Source: Octopus sinensis (taxonomy: Eukaryota). Taken from it: a stretch of 64,000 bases of DNA. The notes beneath the pieces are model-generated. The model ran no database searches. It saw only the letters and a list, made by a program, of their open reading frames with translations, and was not told the origin of the DNA. Shown piece after piece: positions 12,856-25,419 of this stretch. Location of the stretch: NCBI RefSeq assembly GCF_006345805.1, contig NC_043000.1, forward strand, positions 95,790,001 to 95,854,000. Reading direction: 5' to 3'. Every line of letters starts with the position of its first letter. Within the stretch, counting starts at the first letter, position 1. The translations under genes and the position numbers were made by a program.

Positions 12856-14143
12856 TGAGGGGAAGTCAAAAATTATCTGCACATTGACCTTAGCGTATCT
12901 TTATTATTGTCACACTATCTTCTGCACACATGTGCTTATAGTTGGTACTATTGTGATCGTGTGATCAAAGTTTGAACCTGATCACGTCATTTTGCTTTCT
13001 GGCTTTACAGTGAAAGCTTGGCCACTGCACTAACAATGTGCAACAAAGAATAGTGATCCAATTTCTCCCGATAGAAGGTATGTCAGGTGCTGAAATTCGT
13101 TGGAGGCATTTAGCACAATATGGGGACAGTGCACTATTGCATAGAAGCATGTATGAGTAGATTGAGAAGTTTAAAAGCTGCCAGACAAACGTAACACATG
13201 GAGATGGAGCAGGATGCCTGTCAGCCTCCACTACTGACGAGAAAATTCAGCAAGCTCAAGAGAAGGTAATAAGTGAACCAGTGAATTGTCATCAATGAGG
13301 TAGCTCGTTCTCTGCAGATTAGTCATGGTTCTACCTATCAAATCATCCACAATGTGCTCAGCTTCCATAACGTCTGTGCAAGATGAGTGCCAAGAGAGCT
13401 TACAGAAGAGCACAAGCACCTTGAGGTCTACCAACATTTACTCTATCACTACAACAATGAGGTCGATGAATTTTTGAGCTGTATAGTCACAGGAGATGAA
13501 ATGTGGGTCCATCATTATGAGGCAAAATCCAAAAGACAGAGTATGTAGTGGAAACATCCTGGTTTGCCAGCAAGGAAGAAATTCAAGACTCGGTCTTTCA
13601 CAGAAAAGGTGATGCTAACCCTTTTTAAGGACTCAAAGGTCCTATACTAGACTATCTAGAAAAGGGGTGTACGATCAACAGTGCAAGATACAGTGCTTTG
13701 CTGGCTAACAAACTGAAGCCAGCAATTTGCACCAAATGCTGGAGCCAATTGTTGAAGAAAGTTTTGTTGTTGCATGACAATGCATGCTCACACACAGCCA
13801 CCCAGACTTTTGAAACCATTAACCAATTGGGTTTTGAGGTGCTGGAACACCCTGCCTACAGACCAAATCTCACCCCTTCTAACTATCATAACTTTGGACT
13901 GCTCAAAAATGGTTTATGAGGTTGTTGATTTCTTATGGATGAAGATATGAAGAAAGCAGTTCATAAATGGTTGTACAAACAACCAAAAACCTTCTTGTGG
14001 GGAATATGCAAGCTTGTGGATTGCTGAACCAAGTGCATTGGAAAGGAAGGAGACTATATAGAAAAGTGATATACTTGTTTATCCCCTACTTTTGTGCAAA
14101 TATATTGAAAAAACAAGAGTGTATAATTTTTGACTTTCCCTCG
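12856..14143 (+). mobile_element. Mariner (DD34D) element, full length 1288 bp, inactive
   Basis: TIRs TGAGGGGAAGTCAAAAATTAT and CGAGGGAAAGTCAAAAATTAT with TA TSDs. IVTGDEMWVHHY, LLHDNACSH and HPAYRPNLTPSNY motifs. Confidence 0.93.
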
Positions 14144-14768
14144 TATATATACATGACAGGCTTTCAGTTTTCATCTGCTTTAGATGACTGATGCAAGATA
14201 AATGATGGCAGTAGTTCATATATAGTTAATGGTTTACATGTAGATACAAACGGCATGACCATGGCAAAGACACTATGCTCTGATTCCCTAGCTGTCAATA
14301 GGTTTAAAAAATAGATATAACTCACTACTGCAGTTTGTGAATACACTCAAAGATTGATAAGTATTTCATTGACATTTTTACTTCAATTCCTGCTATGCAT
14401 TCCTATCCAAAAAGAAATTTATCACTTATTTGTTTACTAATAGATATCTGCTCACTAATCACAATCAAGTGATCATGGTTTTGATTCCTGAACCAGGCTG
14501 TGCATTGTGTTCATAAGCAAAGCACTTCATCTTACATTGCTCTGCAATCATTTTGACATCTAACATATGACACTGCTATCTGTACAGGTAATGTCAATTT
14601 GATGGAGTGTGCGAGTTAATGTACTGCACAAATATTTGATTACTATAAGCAAATCATCTGTGCCAGTTCTTCAGCAAGGAATTGTGGAACACTGATTTGT
14701 CATCTATGACAGGTAAGTCCATAACAAAATATCAGAGATAAACATCAGTCTTATGTATCCTGATGATA

Positions 14769-15715
14769 TATTGGGTTGGAAACTAGTTCCTGACGTTTTT
14801 TTAAATTTAAATTTTTTAAAAGGTTTAATAAAAAATAACAACTAATTAATCAATAATGTATTCACCCTTGTTGTTTACAACTTCTTCCCTACGTTCAGAC
14901 AAGATTTTCAATACCTCGTTGGTAGAAATCACCTGATTTTGACTTGAAAAATTGATCCAACCAAGTTCTCCATTCTGCATCGGTATTGAATGAAATTCCA
15001 CGCATATCATTTGAAATAGATTGAAAGAGGTGGAAATCCATTGGTGCCAAATCAGGAGAGTACAGCGGGTGTGGCAGCACTTCCCAGCCATGCTTTTGAA
15101 TGGCTTCTTTGGTCATATTGGCAATATGAGGGCGGGCGTTGTCTTGCAGCAGAAGAACTCCATGCTACCGATTAAGTCGTTTCTCTTGAACAGTCATGTT
15201 GAGTTCTTCCATTTGTTGAACATAGAGTTCCGCATTGATCATTTGGTTCCAGTAACGATTTGGTAAAGAAATCGTTGCTTGTGTCCATGAGTTGAGCGGT
15301 GACGAGCAAGCAAACCAGTGGAGACTGTGGCTCATTGATTTTTGTTGTTGTCACTTAAAACATGCAGAACCCATGCTCCATACTTGTGAACCTTTTCCAT
15401 CAAGTGAAGATGCTTCTCTATAGCAGTGTGGGAGCATTCCATTTTCTCTGCTAGTTTACTTGTTTGACAAGAATTTTCATGCAAAATTTGGTTTATTTGC
15501 TCTTCATCGAACTCACTTGGACAGCCAGAACGAGGTGCATCTTTGAGGTCAAAATTTCCAGTTTTGAACTTGACATACCAATCACGAACGGTTCTTTCAG
15601 CTATGGCACCCTCTCCATACACAGCACAAATGTTGCGAGCAGCTTTTGCAGCCTTAGAGTCTTGATTGCTAGTCGATAGGCAAATCCAGCACTAAGCAGT
15701 GACGATTTTTGGTTA
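14769..15715 (-). mobile_element. Mariner element with internal deletion, one TIR retained
   Basis: TIR TTGGGTTGG at the left end. YGEGAIAERTVRDW and HPLYSPDLAPMDFHLF motifs. IVTG joins directly to INAELYVQQ. Confidence 0.9.
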
Positions 15716-15734
15716 ATAACTGATGAGGGGTGGG

Positions 15735-16275
15735 TGTGTCCACATTCTTTGAGCTTTTTCCTATTTCTGTATGTTCCTTCATCATCCTTCTGTGCCCCAT
15801 TTTACTATTATAAAGCTACATACTTTTTCTGCACCCACTATCAGTGGTTTCCATTTAGTGCAACAACTCTGTTTATCTATTTATTCTTCTTCATTCTTAC
15901 CTCTCTATTGCTTTTTCTGGCTACCTTTCTGTCTACCTCTCCATCTTTGTTTTTATTTTGTGCATCCTTCCTTTTATATTTCCTGTCTTTCTCTACATCT
16001 ATCATTCTGGCTTTATCTACATTTCTATTTATCAATCTGTCCTCTCTTTATTCTCTTTCTATTTCCTCCATTGTGTACGACATCACCTGCCTTTTTTCTT
16101 TTTTCTTTCCACACTCCTTTTTCATATCAGTTCATCTCTTAATTTTCTCCTCCTTTTTTCTTATTCCATCTATTCCTACTCTTGCTTCTTCTGCATGGCT
16201 CTCCCTTCTCTTTCAGTCTCTGTCTTTCTCTCCCCTCACTAAAAGTACCATTTCTACAACTAACCATCTTTTTTG
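15735..16275. repeat. Long pyrimidine-rich low-complexity tract
   Basis: About 540 bp of T/C-dominated sequence, source of Phe/Leu/Ser-rich pseudo-ORFs. Confidence 0.85.
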
Positions 16276-16361
16276 ATTTGACTGGTCAGTTGGTTTTATT
16301 TTTTCAGTTTCAGTCTAAGATTTAAATATAGTTCTAGTTGATAGTTTACCTTTGTTTGCAT

Positions 16362-16648
16362 CAATGGTCCTCAAAAGATTTTGTGGGGTTCAGTGTAACA
16401 AAATAGTAAATTGAGGTCCACAATTTAAGGGGCCTGAAAAATTTTGCTTTAGATGTATGTATTGCAAGAAATTCTTTCTTTAAAATTTTACACAGTAAAC
16501 CTACACGAATTAATGTGTGAAAAACAAAATAAGTATTTTGAAAAAAAGTTTCTATAAAACTAGTTTTTAAACATTGAATGGCTATGGGTGTCCACCAGAA
16601 TAAAAGAGTAATCAAAAGGGTCTGTAGATAAATGGTTGAGAAACCCTG
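16362..16648. mobile_element. hAT-type MITE
   Basis: Terminal GGTTGAGAAACCCTG and degenerate left end CAATGGTCCTCAA. A related copy lies at 53202-53330. Confidence 0.7.
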
Positions 16649-17864
16649 GTTTATATTGTTTTTCTACAAATGTTTTCCAAATCCATAAGGGCCACATACT
16701 TCCCTATTGGTGTTATTTTCGCATATGTTTTGTCTTAATTCTGTTGTACAAATAAAAGGACTTCTATGTAAGTAAATACTTGTGTTTATTATATCTTTTA
16801 CTTGTTTCAGTTATGCTGGGGCATCGCCTTGAAGGGTTTTAGTCAAATGAATCAACCCCAGTACTTATTTTTAAAGCCTGGTAGTTATTTTCTCAGTCCA
16901 TTTTACTAACTGCTAATTGACAGGGACAGAGCATCATAGAGTTCTATTCTAAGAATGATGGCATGATGGGGAAGAGGATATTATAATGATGGTAGGTTCT
17001 GCAATTTCTTGCTGAACAATCTGTACAAATGATTTGTTTATAATGATTGAATGTTTGTGAACATTAGCTCACTCCTCCATCAAATCAACATTGCTTGAAT
17101 AAGTGCATGGTGTACCACATTTCAGGTGTCAAAGTGATCACAGAGCAACATGCAATGAAGTGTTTTTCTCAAGAACAAAATGTACCACCAGGTCCAGGAA
17201 TTGAAACCATGATCTTGTGATCACGAGTGTAACACTCTAATCACTAGGCCATCCACCCTTACAGAAGATATTATAGTTGATGTTTAACCTTTTTTTTTTT
17301 ACCCTATTTCTGTTGAGATACACTGTGTTTACTTCAATTATTTTTCGAAAATAATGAAGAATTTTTCAAAATAATTTTATCATTATTATGCTGGTGTTTG
17401 GAACAAATTAACATAGAATTTTGATGGAATATTTTGAGATCACTTTGAAACAGGCAGTCTCAGGCAGGTTCTTAATCTCAATTGTTGCTGCTTAGAATAT
17501 ATGGACAAGGCAAAAATTTTAGGAGGATGTAATTCTTGAAGAAAATAGATCAAAGTGTTTGATATCAAATTAGGAAACTAAAACACTATAGAATTGTTAA
17601 AAGAAGAATCAAAGACATTATGTGAGTTTTGGATTTAACAATTAACTCTTTTGTTACTATATTTCTGTTGAAATTACAATTGGTTTCAATCAATTTTAAA
17701 AATGATTAAGAATTTATCAAAATATCTTCATCATTTCATGACAGGCCTAGCAAGCTAGTGATAGATGGTGAGCATAAGAAAAATAGAAGGGAACTTCTGG
17801 ATTGACAGGTTATAGGCTTACTCTGGTGTTGGGTATTACCTTTTCATAACATTATCATTATAAT

Positions 17865-18148
17865 AATAATAATAATAACAATAATGAAATTATTGTATAC
17901 AGTGCTCAGGTGTACCACAACTTGTCAAAAGTTTGTATAAAGCATATGCAGTAATGTACAAATGTCTGGGAAGTGAACAGTGTATGAGTCAAATACATGC
18001 TTGTGTGTGTATGGAGGGAGGAAAATCAGGTGTAGTGTTGGTGAATCTCAGGAAGCATGGAAGTTTTGAAGGATGCAGTTCTCCGACAACTAACAACTGA
18101 TGCCAGCAGTTTGTTCCATGCTTCAGCAATTCTTAGCATGAAAAATTA
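17865..18148 (-). mobile_element. CR1 LINE 3' end with (ATT)n tail
   Basis: Reverse complement of the 3' end of the CR1 at 25651-26417. Confidence 0.85.
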
Positions 18149-18769
18149 TGCTGGTGTTTGTAACAGAAATTAACATGTGATTTTGAGGGTAGATTTTAAT
18201 TTAAATCACTGCGGTCTCAGGTGGGTTGGTATCAAAAGTGTTAGAGAGATTAGAGTATTGTAATGTAAACTTGACAGTTAAGTGAGCCAGTGGTTGAAGG
18301 GTATTACAGTTAAGTGTCAATTATACATAGTTTGATGATGGAAACAGATTGTCTTATAAATTTTGACAATGATCATTCAGTTGTTCAATCACCTGAGAAT
18401 TAGAGTTGTTAAATTAACATATAAGTGGCTGTGTATTCCATAGAACCATGTCTTCTTAATGTACTTCTGAAACTGAATCAATGTGACTCAGTATGTGACA
18501 AAGACCTTTGAATCACAGATACACTCCATCCAATGAACTTCATCAGCTTCTATCTGCCTAATTTCATTCACAAGGTACAGGTCACCTGGAGATATAATAA
18601 AGTTGTCACACACTCAGGATTTCATGATTATAAAATGAACTTCTTTATCACTTAGTCATGCATGGCTTAACCTTTTAGTATTCAGATTATTCTGCCAAAT
18701 GTAATGCTTATTTATTCACATTGTTTTGAATTAATCATACATTATCTTGTAGCTTTGAGATTTGATCAT

Positions 18770-19230
18770 CATTATCATCATCATTGTTTAACGTCCGCTT
18801 GCCATGCTAGCATGGTTTGGATGATTTGACTGAGGTCTGGTGAACCAGATTGCTGCACCAGACTCTAATCTGATCTGGCAGAGTTTCTATAGCTGTATGC
18901 CCTTCCTAATGCCAACCACTCTGAGAGTGTAGTGGGTGCTTTTACGTGCCACCGTCACAAGGGCCACTCAGGCACTACTGGCAACGGCCACGTTCAAATG
19001 GTGCTTTTTATGTGCCAACTGCACAGGAGCCAGTCCAGTGGCACTGGCAATGACCTCGCTTGAATGTTTTTTCACGTGCCACCAGCACAAGTGCCAGTAA
19101 GGCGATACAGGTAACGATCACACTCGAATGGTGCTTTTTACATGCCATCGGCATGGAGGCCAGCTTGTTGCTCTGGCATCAATCCCGCTCGTATGATACT
19201 CTTAGCGCTCCACTAGCATGGATACCGGTG
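18770..19230 (-). mobile_element. RTE-tail short element with internal tandem repeats
   Basis: Same family as 12410, 54962 and 61465. Confidence 0.85.
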
Positions 19231-19531
19231 ATTATTTATTTTAACCCTTTAGCATTCAGATTACTCTGTGAAATATAATGCATGTTTATTGTTATTGTTT
19301 TGGATTAAATATCCATTACCTTGTAGCTTTGAGATTTCATTTATTTTAGAATGACATTGTAGGGTTGATGTGAGAGACCAGATCTGGTCATTTTTAACGT
19401 AGAACAGGTAGAATATTTGGGCCTGATATGGCTAGCTCTAACATAAAACAGATCAAATATTTGAGCCAGATATGACCAATTTAAATGATAATGGATTAAT
19501 GAGTGAAAAATACCATTGGAAATTAAATAGC

Positions 19532-19639
19532 TTTATTACAGAATTTACATAAATACATAAGTAGCTTTAGTGAGATATACATATACGTACACATACACAC
19601 ACACACACACACACAGACAATGTTCTATTTATTTTAGAA
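19532..19639 (-). other. C1orf43 3'UTR with polyadenylation signals
   Basis: Minus-strand AATAAA at 19628-19633 and 19532-19537, with a (GT)n tract between them. Confidence 0.55.
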
Positions 19640-20006
19640 CTATGCCATCTGTGTTGTAGATGTGTGACAAGGATGAATAAGCTTCTCTACACTTCCTTGG
19701 GTACTGGTTGTTGTAGAATGATCTGAACTGCTTCGCTGACTTGAGTGCCGGCTTTCCAATAATGCTGTTTGGTCACTGCTCTTTGTACGAGGTGTTTTCT
19801 TCTTCTCTTGAACACTGGGCAAAGTATTCGAGCGCATTCGACAATACTCTTGTGAGAAATCTGACTCAATTTCTTTGTTGCTTCGGGAACGTGGCTGGAT
19901 CATCGACTTCGTACCACCAAGACGTCCTTTTTTCATTCCTTGAAATATTACCTGCACATTTCGCTTTGGTACAGTTTGTTCGGTGGCAGCTGAGACACGG
20001 CGAATG
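19640..20006 (-). CDS. C1orf43: C1orf43 homolog terminal coding exon (121 aa S/T/K-rich tail IRRVSAATEQ...TTQMA*)
   Basis: CCATTTCAG acceptor at 20007, and its phase-2 start matches exon 6. Open to TAG at 19640-19642 and followed by AATAAA. VQVIF may correspond to recalled human IQVTY. Linking it across the 15.8 kb intron is inference. Confidence 0.75.
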
Positions 20007-20426
20007 CTGAAATGGATAACGTATTTAGACGTAAATAAATGTTTGTTGTTTTTTTTGTTTTAAAAATCATTTTGACTTGGTTTCCATTATAGCCATTTTA
20101 GTAATAGTTCATTTATAATAATTAAAAATAGTTTCACTAATCAGTAGAATCTACCGTAACATTTTTAGTTTCAGTAATTTTTAGATATCATATATATATA
20201 TATATACCCACATATATATATATAAGTACACAAAATCCCAGGGGGCTAACTATGAACTATAAAATAATCTTTTACAACTTATGAATCTTCGATATGGGAA
20301 ATATTTACAACCTTCTACATCAATAAACCACTATTGTTCCTGAAAGTTGTTTTTTATACCTTCTATGGATTGCTTGAAGCTTACTAACTTCCAACAATTT
20401 GATTCTTGGATCTTACCTTTACATAT

Positions 20427-20478
<52 letters not shown>

Positions 20479-20854
20479 GTATATATGTATATATACACAT
20501 ATACACACACACAAACAGCAATGCCTCAATATATGAATTAATTTGTTCTCGGGGAACACTCATAAAGTGAAAACTCATAAACACAGGGTCTCATAAAGTT
20601 AGGTATTATTGTGTATATATATAATATATATACACACACACATACCCCGCTCCCATTTATATATATACACACACACATACCCCACTCCTATTTATATATA
20701 TATATACGACATACTATTTCTTCATATGTAATTTTGTTATTTAACAATATAGAAACATAGCTTTATATGACATACTTATTCTCAGGAAACAAAGAAATGT
20801 GTCATTTAACCAGTGTTCCAGCTATATTATTCAAATTCTATTTTCAGGACTATT

Positions 20855-20885
<31 letters not shown>

Positions 20886-20953
20886 TGAGAAATAATGGCA
20901 ATAAAATTTGATTCCCATATTTTCTAGATGAAAAACTTTTGGTGACAAAGCTA

Positions 20954-21059
20954 CAAGGGATACATGAAAAGTTTTGAGCCTCAAAGTCTTGTACCTTCAT
21001 CAGAAGTCTTGTACCATGTTTTGTTTTTTTGAGGCTCAAGACTTTCCATACACCCCTCG
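20954..21059. mobile_element. 106-bp mariner-derived MITE
   Basis: TIRs CAAGGGATACATGAAAAGTTTTGAGCCTCAAA and CGAGGGGTGTATGGAAAGTCTTGAGCCTCAAA with TA TSDs. Confidence 0.85.
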
Positions 21060-21359
21060 TATACTGATACAACTTTCATAAACTTTGCTAACCAAACAAT
21101 ACACTTTAAGGTAAAATAAACATTTCATTTCTCGATGATAACGTTATAGTATATTATATCACAATACAAAGTTGTAAAGAAACTAAGAGGAAAATAATCC
21201 CAAATATAAACTTAAATTATGGAATGAATATCTGTCATATTGTATTCAGTAAGCAATGAAATTCTAGAAAGTAGTTTCTATATAGGAAATTATAAGTTTT
21301 TGTATCAGAAGGAACAAAGATGTAGTTAGCTTAGTATCTGAAACAAATACATATATATA

Positions 21360-21660
21360 TGAATAATTAAAGAAAAAGAAAGAAAAAAGAGGAAAAGGGA
21401 AGACAGAAATGATAAAGAAATGTAAGGGAAAAGAAAGAAAAGCTAGGAAGAAAAAAGAGAGGGCAAGATAGAAAACAAAGGTACAATAAAAAAAAAGAGA
21501 AGGAAAGAGAGCAAAAAGAAGAAATGAATGGAAGAAAGGCATGATCAATGAAAGAATGAAACAAAAAAAAAAAACTAAATGTAATAATTAAAAGAAAGTA
21601 AATGAAATAAAAGCTGAAAGTAAAGAGGAAGTGAAAATTAAGTACAAAAAAAAGGCCCAT
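21360..21660. repeat. Purine-rich (A/G) low-complexity tract
   Basis: Seen directly. Confidence 0.85.
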
Positions 21661-21879
21661 TTTCACTAATATTTTCGTCTCTCTTTAAATAAAAACTAAT
21701 AAACAATGACATCAATATGTTACTGAGGTATGCTTCAGTAATTCACACAAACCCTGTTGAATAAAGCAGGCAAAACGATATGGGTTGTGTGCAAGTTATG
21801 AAGTGGAGAAGAATATTTTGTCAGTGTGTGTGTGTTGATATTAAATAAATGGCTAAGGAACAGGAATTCTTTTTTTTTT

Positions 21880-22780
21880 TACTTGCTTCAATCATTAGAC
21901 TGTGACCATGCTGGGGCACCACCTTGAGGAATTTTAGTGGAACTAGTTGATCCCTGTACTTATTTTCATTTTAAGCCTGGTACTTATTCTATCAGTCTCT
22001 TTTGCTGAACTGCTAAGTTACAGGGACTTAAAAACACCAACACCAGTTGTCAAGTGGCAGTAGGGTACAAACACAGACATTAAAACACACACACATATAT
22101 ATATATCTATGTATATGATGGGCTTCTTTCAGTTTCTCACAAGGCTTTGGTCAGACCCAAACTATAGAAGACGTTTGCCCAATGTGCAACACAGTGGGAG
22201 TGAACATGGAACCATGAAATTGGGAAGCAAACTTCTTACCACACAGCCATGCCTGCATCTAATTATGCAATCAACTTCATTAGTTTATTGCTGTTTCTAC
22301 TTTAGAAGCTCTGAGGAAGCCATAAGGTGATGCACAGGCACTCAGCTCTGAGTGCACTGCATCTTATAGCAGAAATAGCTGTTAGCTAATGGAGTTGATT
22401 ACATAATTCCTGTTCCTTACCATTTATTTAATTTCATATTATGCTCCGTACTTGACTAATGCTTTATTCTTAACATATATCGAGCTCTAACACCAGGTTA
22501 TTAATACTGCTATGCCTAAATAAAATCTTAAAATTTATAAAAATATATAAAAATTTTATTTTATATTTTTACCTTTTGCTTCAGTCCTTGGACTGCGGTC
22601 ATACTGGGGCAGCGTTTCAAAGGATTTAGTCAAATAAATCAATCCCAGTATTTATTTTTTGAAGTCTGATACTTATTCTATCAGTCTCTTTTGCTGAACT
22701 GCTAAATTATGGGGATGTAGACAAACCAATACCAGTTGTCAGGGAGTGGAGAGAGGAACACACACAAAAAAAACACAAAC

Positions 22781-22842
<62 letters not shown>

Positions 22843-23000
22843 GAGCGTCAACACAGTTTCAGTCAACTAAACTCACTGACAAAGGCATTGGGCAGCCTGG
22901 AGCTGTGGTAGAAGACATTTGCCCAAAGTGCCATGAAGCAGGATTGAACCTGAAACCAGATGGGTGCAAAACAAGTTTTTTAATCACACAGCTACACCTG
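21880..23000 (-). mobile_element. Two adjacent tRNA-derived SINE copies (approx. 21880-22260 and 22570-23000)
   Basis: Homologous to the 9295 family, more decayed. Confidence 0.8.
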
Positions 23001-23039
23001 TGAGTATATGCATATTTTTAGCTGAGATGTAGACAGATG

Positions 23040-23560
23040 ACATAATTGCTGTTTTGGTGGGTGAGAGAATTATAATGATCAAACTTATTGATAAGTAATA
23101 CAATGGCAACTATAAATCTTGTGTATGCTCCACATGCTGGATCAACAAGAAAAATTAGTTATGTGGATGCTTTAGTGAGAACTAACTTCAAAGGTGTGAG
23201 CTATAGATGCTGTAATCTATAGATGTGGCAGGACAGTTTAATGATTATATCAAAAGAAAGACCAGAATGAATACACAAGCCAGCCTGTGGGGTGAGTGTG
23301 GTAATGACTTTGGAGACCCTAGAACTGAAGACAGTAAAAGGTTTCTGGGAGTTATGTGATAAAATATAGCTGACTTTTGAAACAGATATGTAAAGGAATT
23401 AATGAGTTATACAGTCAAATGATAAGGAAGAGATACAAAAATGATTATGAATATGATTCCTCTCCGGTGAAGAAAGTAAAACTGCCTTCTTAGTTAACAT
23501 TGATTTGGAATTAACAAGACAATGATGATGTGAAGTAATTGTATGATTTCTTTTAAAAAA
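23040..23560 (+). mobile_element. Degenerate RTE endonuclease fragment
   Basis: INLVYAPHAG and RKRYK...PGEE-like remnants across frames. Confidence 0.6.
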
Positions 23561-23989
23561 CAAAATACAAAACCTACAACTGGTCTTATGACACAAATCT
23601 GTCCTGGCTATCTTTACTAGGAAGATATTTAAATCGTAATCCTTTTTCTTTTTAAAATGAAAATTACATAACTATTAAAAGAACTTAAAATACCTAGGTA
23701 CTGTATCTATCTATGACCATCATCATTTAATGTCCATTTTCCATGGAATGGATGGCTCGACAGGAACTGATGAGCCAGATGACTATGCCAAGCTCCATTG
23801 TCTACTTTGGTATGGTTTCTACAGCTGGATATGCCAACCACTTTAATGGGTGTACTGGATGCTTTTTACATGGCACAAACAAAGTAATTTACAAGACAAA
23901 AACCCTAAACTGTGTAGGAGTGTAGTATTTATTTCTGGAATCACTTATTAAATACTGTGCCACTATTTGATGGTTGCAACAACAATGAT

Positions 23990-24375
23990 AATTGTTTCTA
24001 TTATAGGTACTTATTTCATTGACACTGAAAGGATGAAAAGTGAAGTTGACCTTGGTGGCATTTGAAACCAAAACATAAAATCAGAAGAAACGCTGCTAAG
24101 CATTTTGTCAGCCATGCTAATGATTTTGCCAGCTCACTGCCTTAACAACAACAACAATGATATTGGTTTCAAATTTTGGCAGAAGGCCAGCAATTTCGGG
24201 AGAAGGGCTAAGTTGACAAATTGACCACAGTGCCCAACAGGTATTTACAACCCTGAAAGAATGAAAGGCAAAGTTGACCCTGGCAGCATTTGAACCCAGA
24301 ACGTAAAGACAGACAAAATGCCACTAAGCATTTTGTCTGGTGTGCTAATGATTCTGACAGCTTGCTGCCTCACAA
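23990..24375 (-). mobile_element. Two tandem copies of a second SINE family
   Basis: Repeated GAAAGGATGAAAGGCAAAGTTGACC...GCATTTGAAC...CTAAGCATTTTGTC. A plus-strand copy lies at 52140-52340. Confidence 0.75.
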
Positions 24376-25419
24376 CGATAATATTAGTCTATTTATATAA
24401 CATTGAAAGCTAGGTCTTTAGATGTGCTTGTGCCTTTGTGTAGCTAAACTAGATTTCAAGGACTGAAGAGAAAGAAAAAAAAAATGTTTTAACATTTTCC
24501 TTCTGTTGAAATATAAATAAGGCAAGCAAGTGTGAGTTACCATCCATATAAAACAACCATTCAGCTGGTTTTTGCATTCAGAATTTCAGTATTACAACTT
24601 TTTTTTTTTTTTTGTGATAAGACAGACACAGGATTTTATGCTAATTATATCTAGATTTCATTGATTCCAGCCATCCATATAGAAATTTTCCAGAAGAGAC
24701 TTTAAAAATCGAATAAAATATTTTTAAATACATTTTCAAGAATAGCACCAATGTATTTAATTATTTTGAAGTTAACAATGTTTTAAATAAATCATTAACA
24801 TAATTTCCTGAAAAATCAGAGTTTTACAGTACATACAAATCTAAATTCAAATATGAATCTATACTAAAATCTAAGAAAAAACAAATGATCCATGCAGTTA
24901 AAATTCTACTCCAATGAAAAAAAAAATGGGATATATTTATTGGATACTAACTAAATAAAACTGAATTCACCATATTCAACTTAGAAAACAGATTTACAGA
25001 CAGAGAAATGTTTACAATCTGCAATTTTTTTTTTTTTTGTGAGAAATGTTCTATTTTGATATTCAATAAACTTTTACAGGATTATTACATTCCTGTACAT
25101 TAGACTCATTATATATTCCTATACATTAGACTCTGAAATATTATAGGTTTTAGAAATAGAAATGATAAACCATTCATCCATCTTTGCCCACTATTCCAAG
25201 AAAGGTTGTTGGGGTAGAATCTCAGGCACTTCCTCCAGTATCTGGGGTTTACATAACACTCACATGTTAAGGATGTTGTATTGATAATTTTTCTAATATG
25301 GATAGTACTAGGGAACACAAGAAGTGCAAGCACAGCCTGGATATCTTCTTTTAGATTTGTGGATTATTTGGTATTGCAAAGCCACAACAGCTTGATGGGG
25401 TTTTTGTTAGAAGAGTATA

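Noticed and set aside
15734-16276. 180-aa hydrophobic ORF (also 21264-21666, 56530-56840)
   Set aside because: Low-complexity pyrimidine/purine tracts that lack stop codons by composition.
17572-17620. Plus-strand mini-exon KLKHYRIVKRRIKDI with GTGAGT donor (similar isolated case at 27216-27310)
   Set aside because: Isolated, with a weak acceptor or no donor, and no plus-strand gene can be assembled.
19741-20010. 89-aa plus-strand ORF
   Set aside because: Antisense shadow of the C1orf43 terminal exon, with no supporting neighbouring plus-strand exons.
23385-23490. Apparent plus-strand terminal exon ICKGINELYSQMIRKRYKNDYEYDSSPVKKVKLPS*
   Set aside because: It sits within a decayed RTE endonuclease fragment (VYAP upstream, RKRYK...PGEE across frames).
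25200-25255. Possible terminal exon ILEEVPEILPQQPFLE*
   Set aside because: Older copy of the RTE 3' end seen at 25420-25520.
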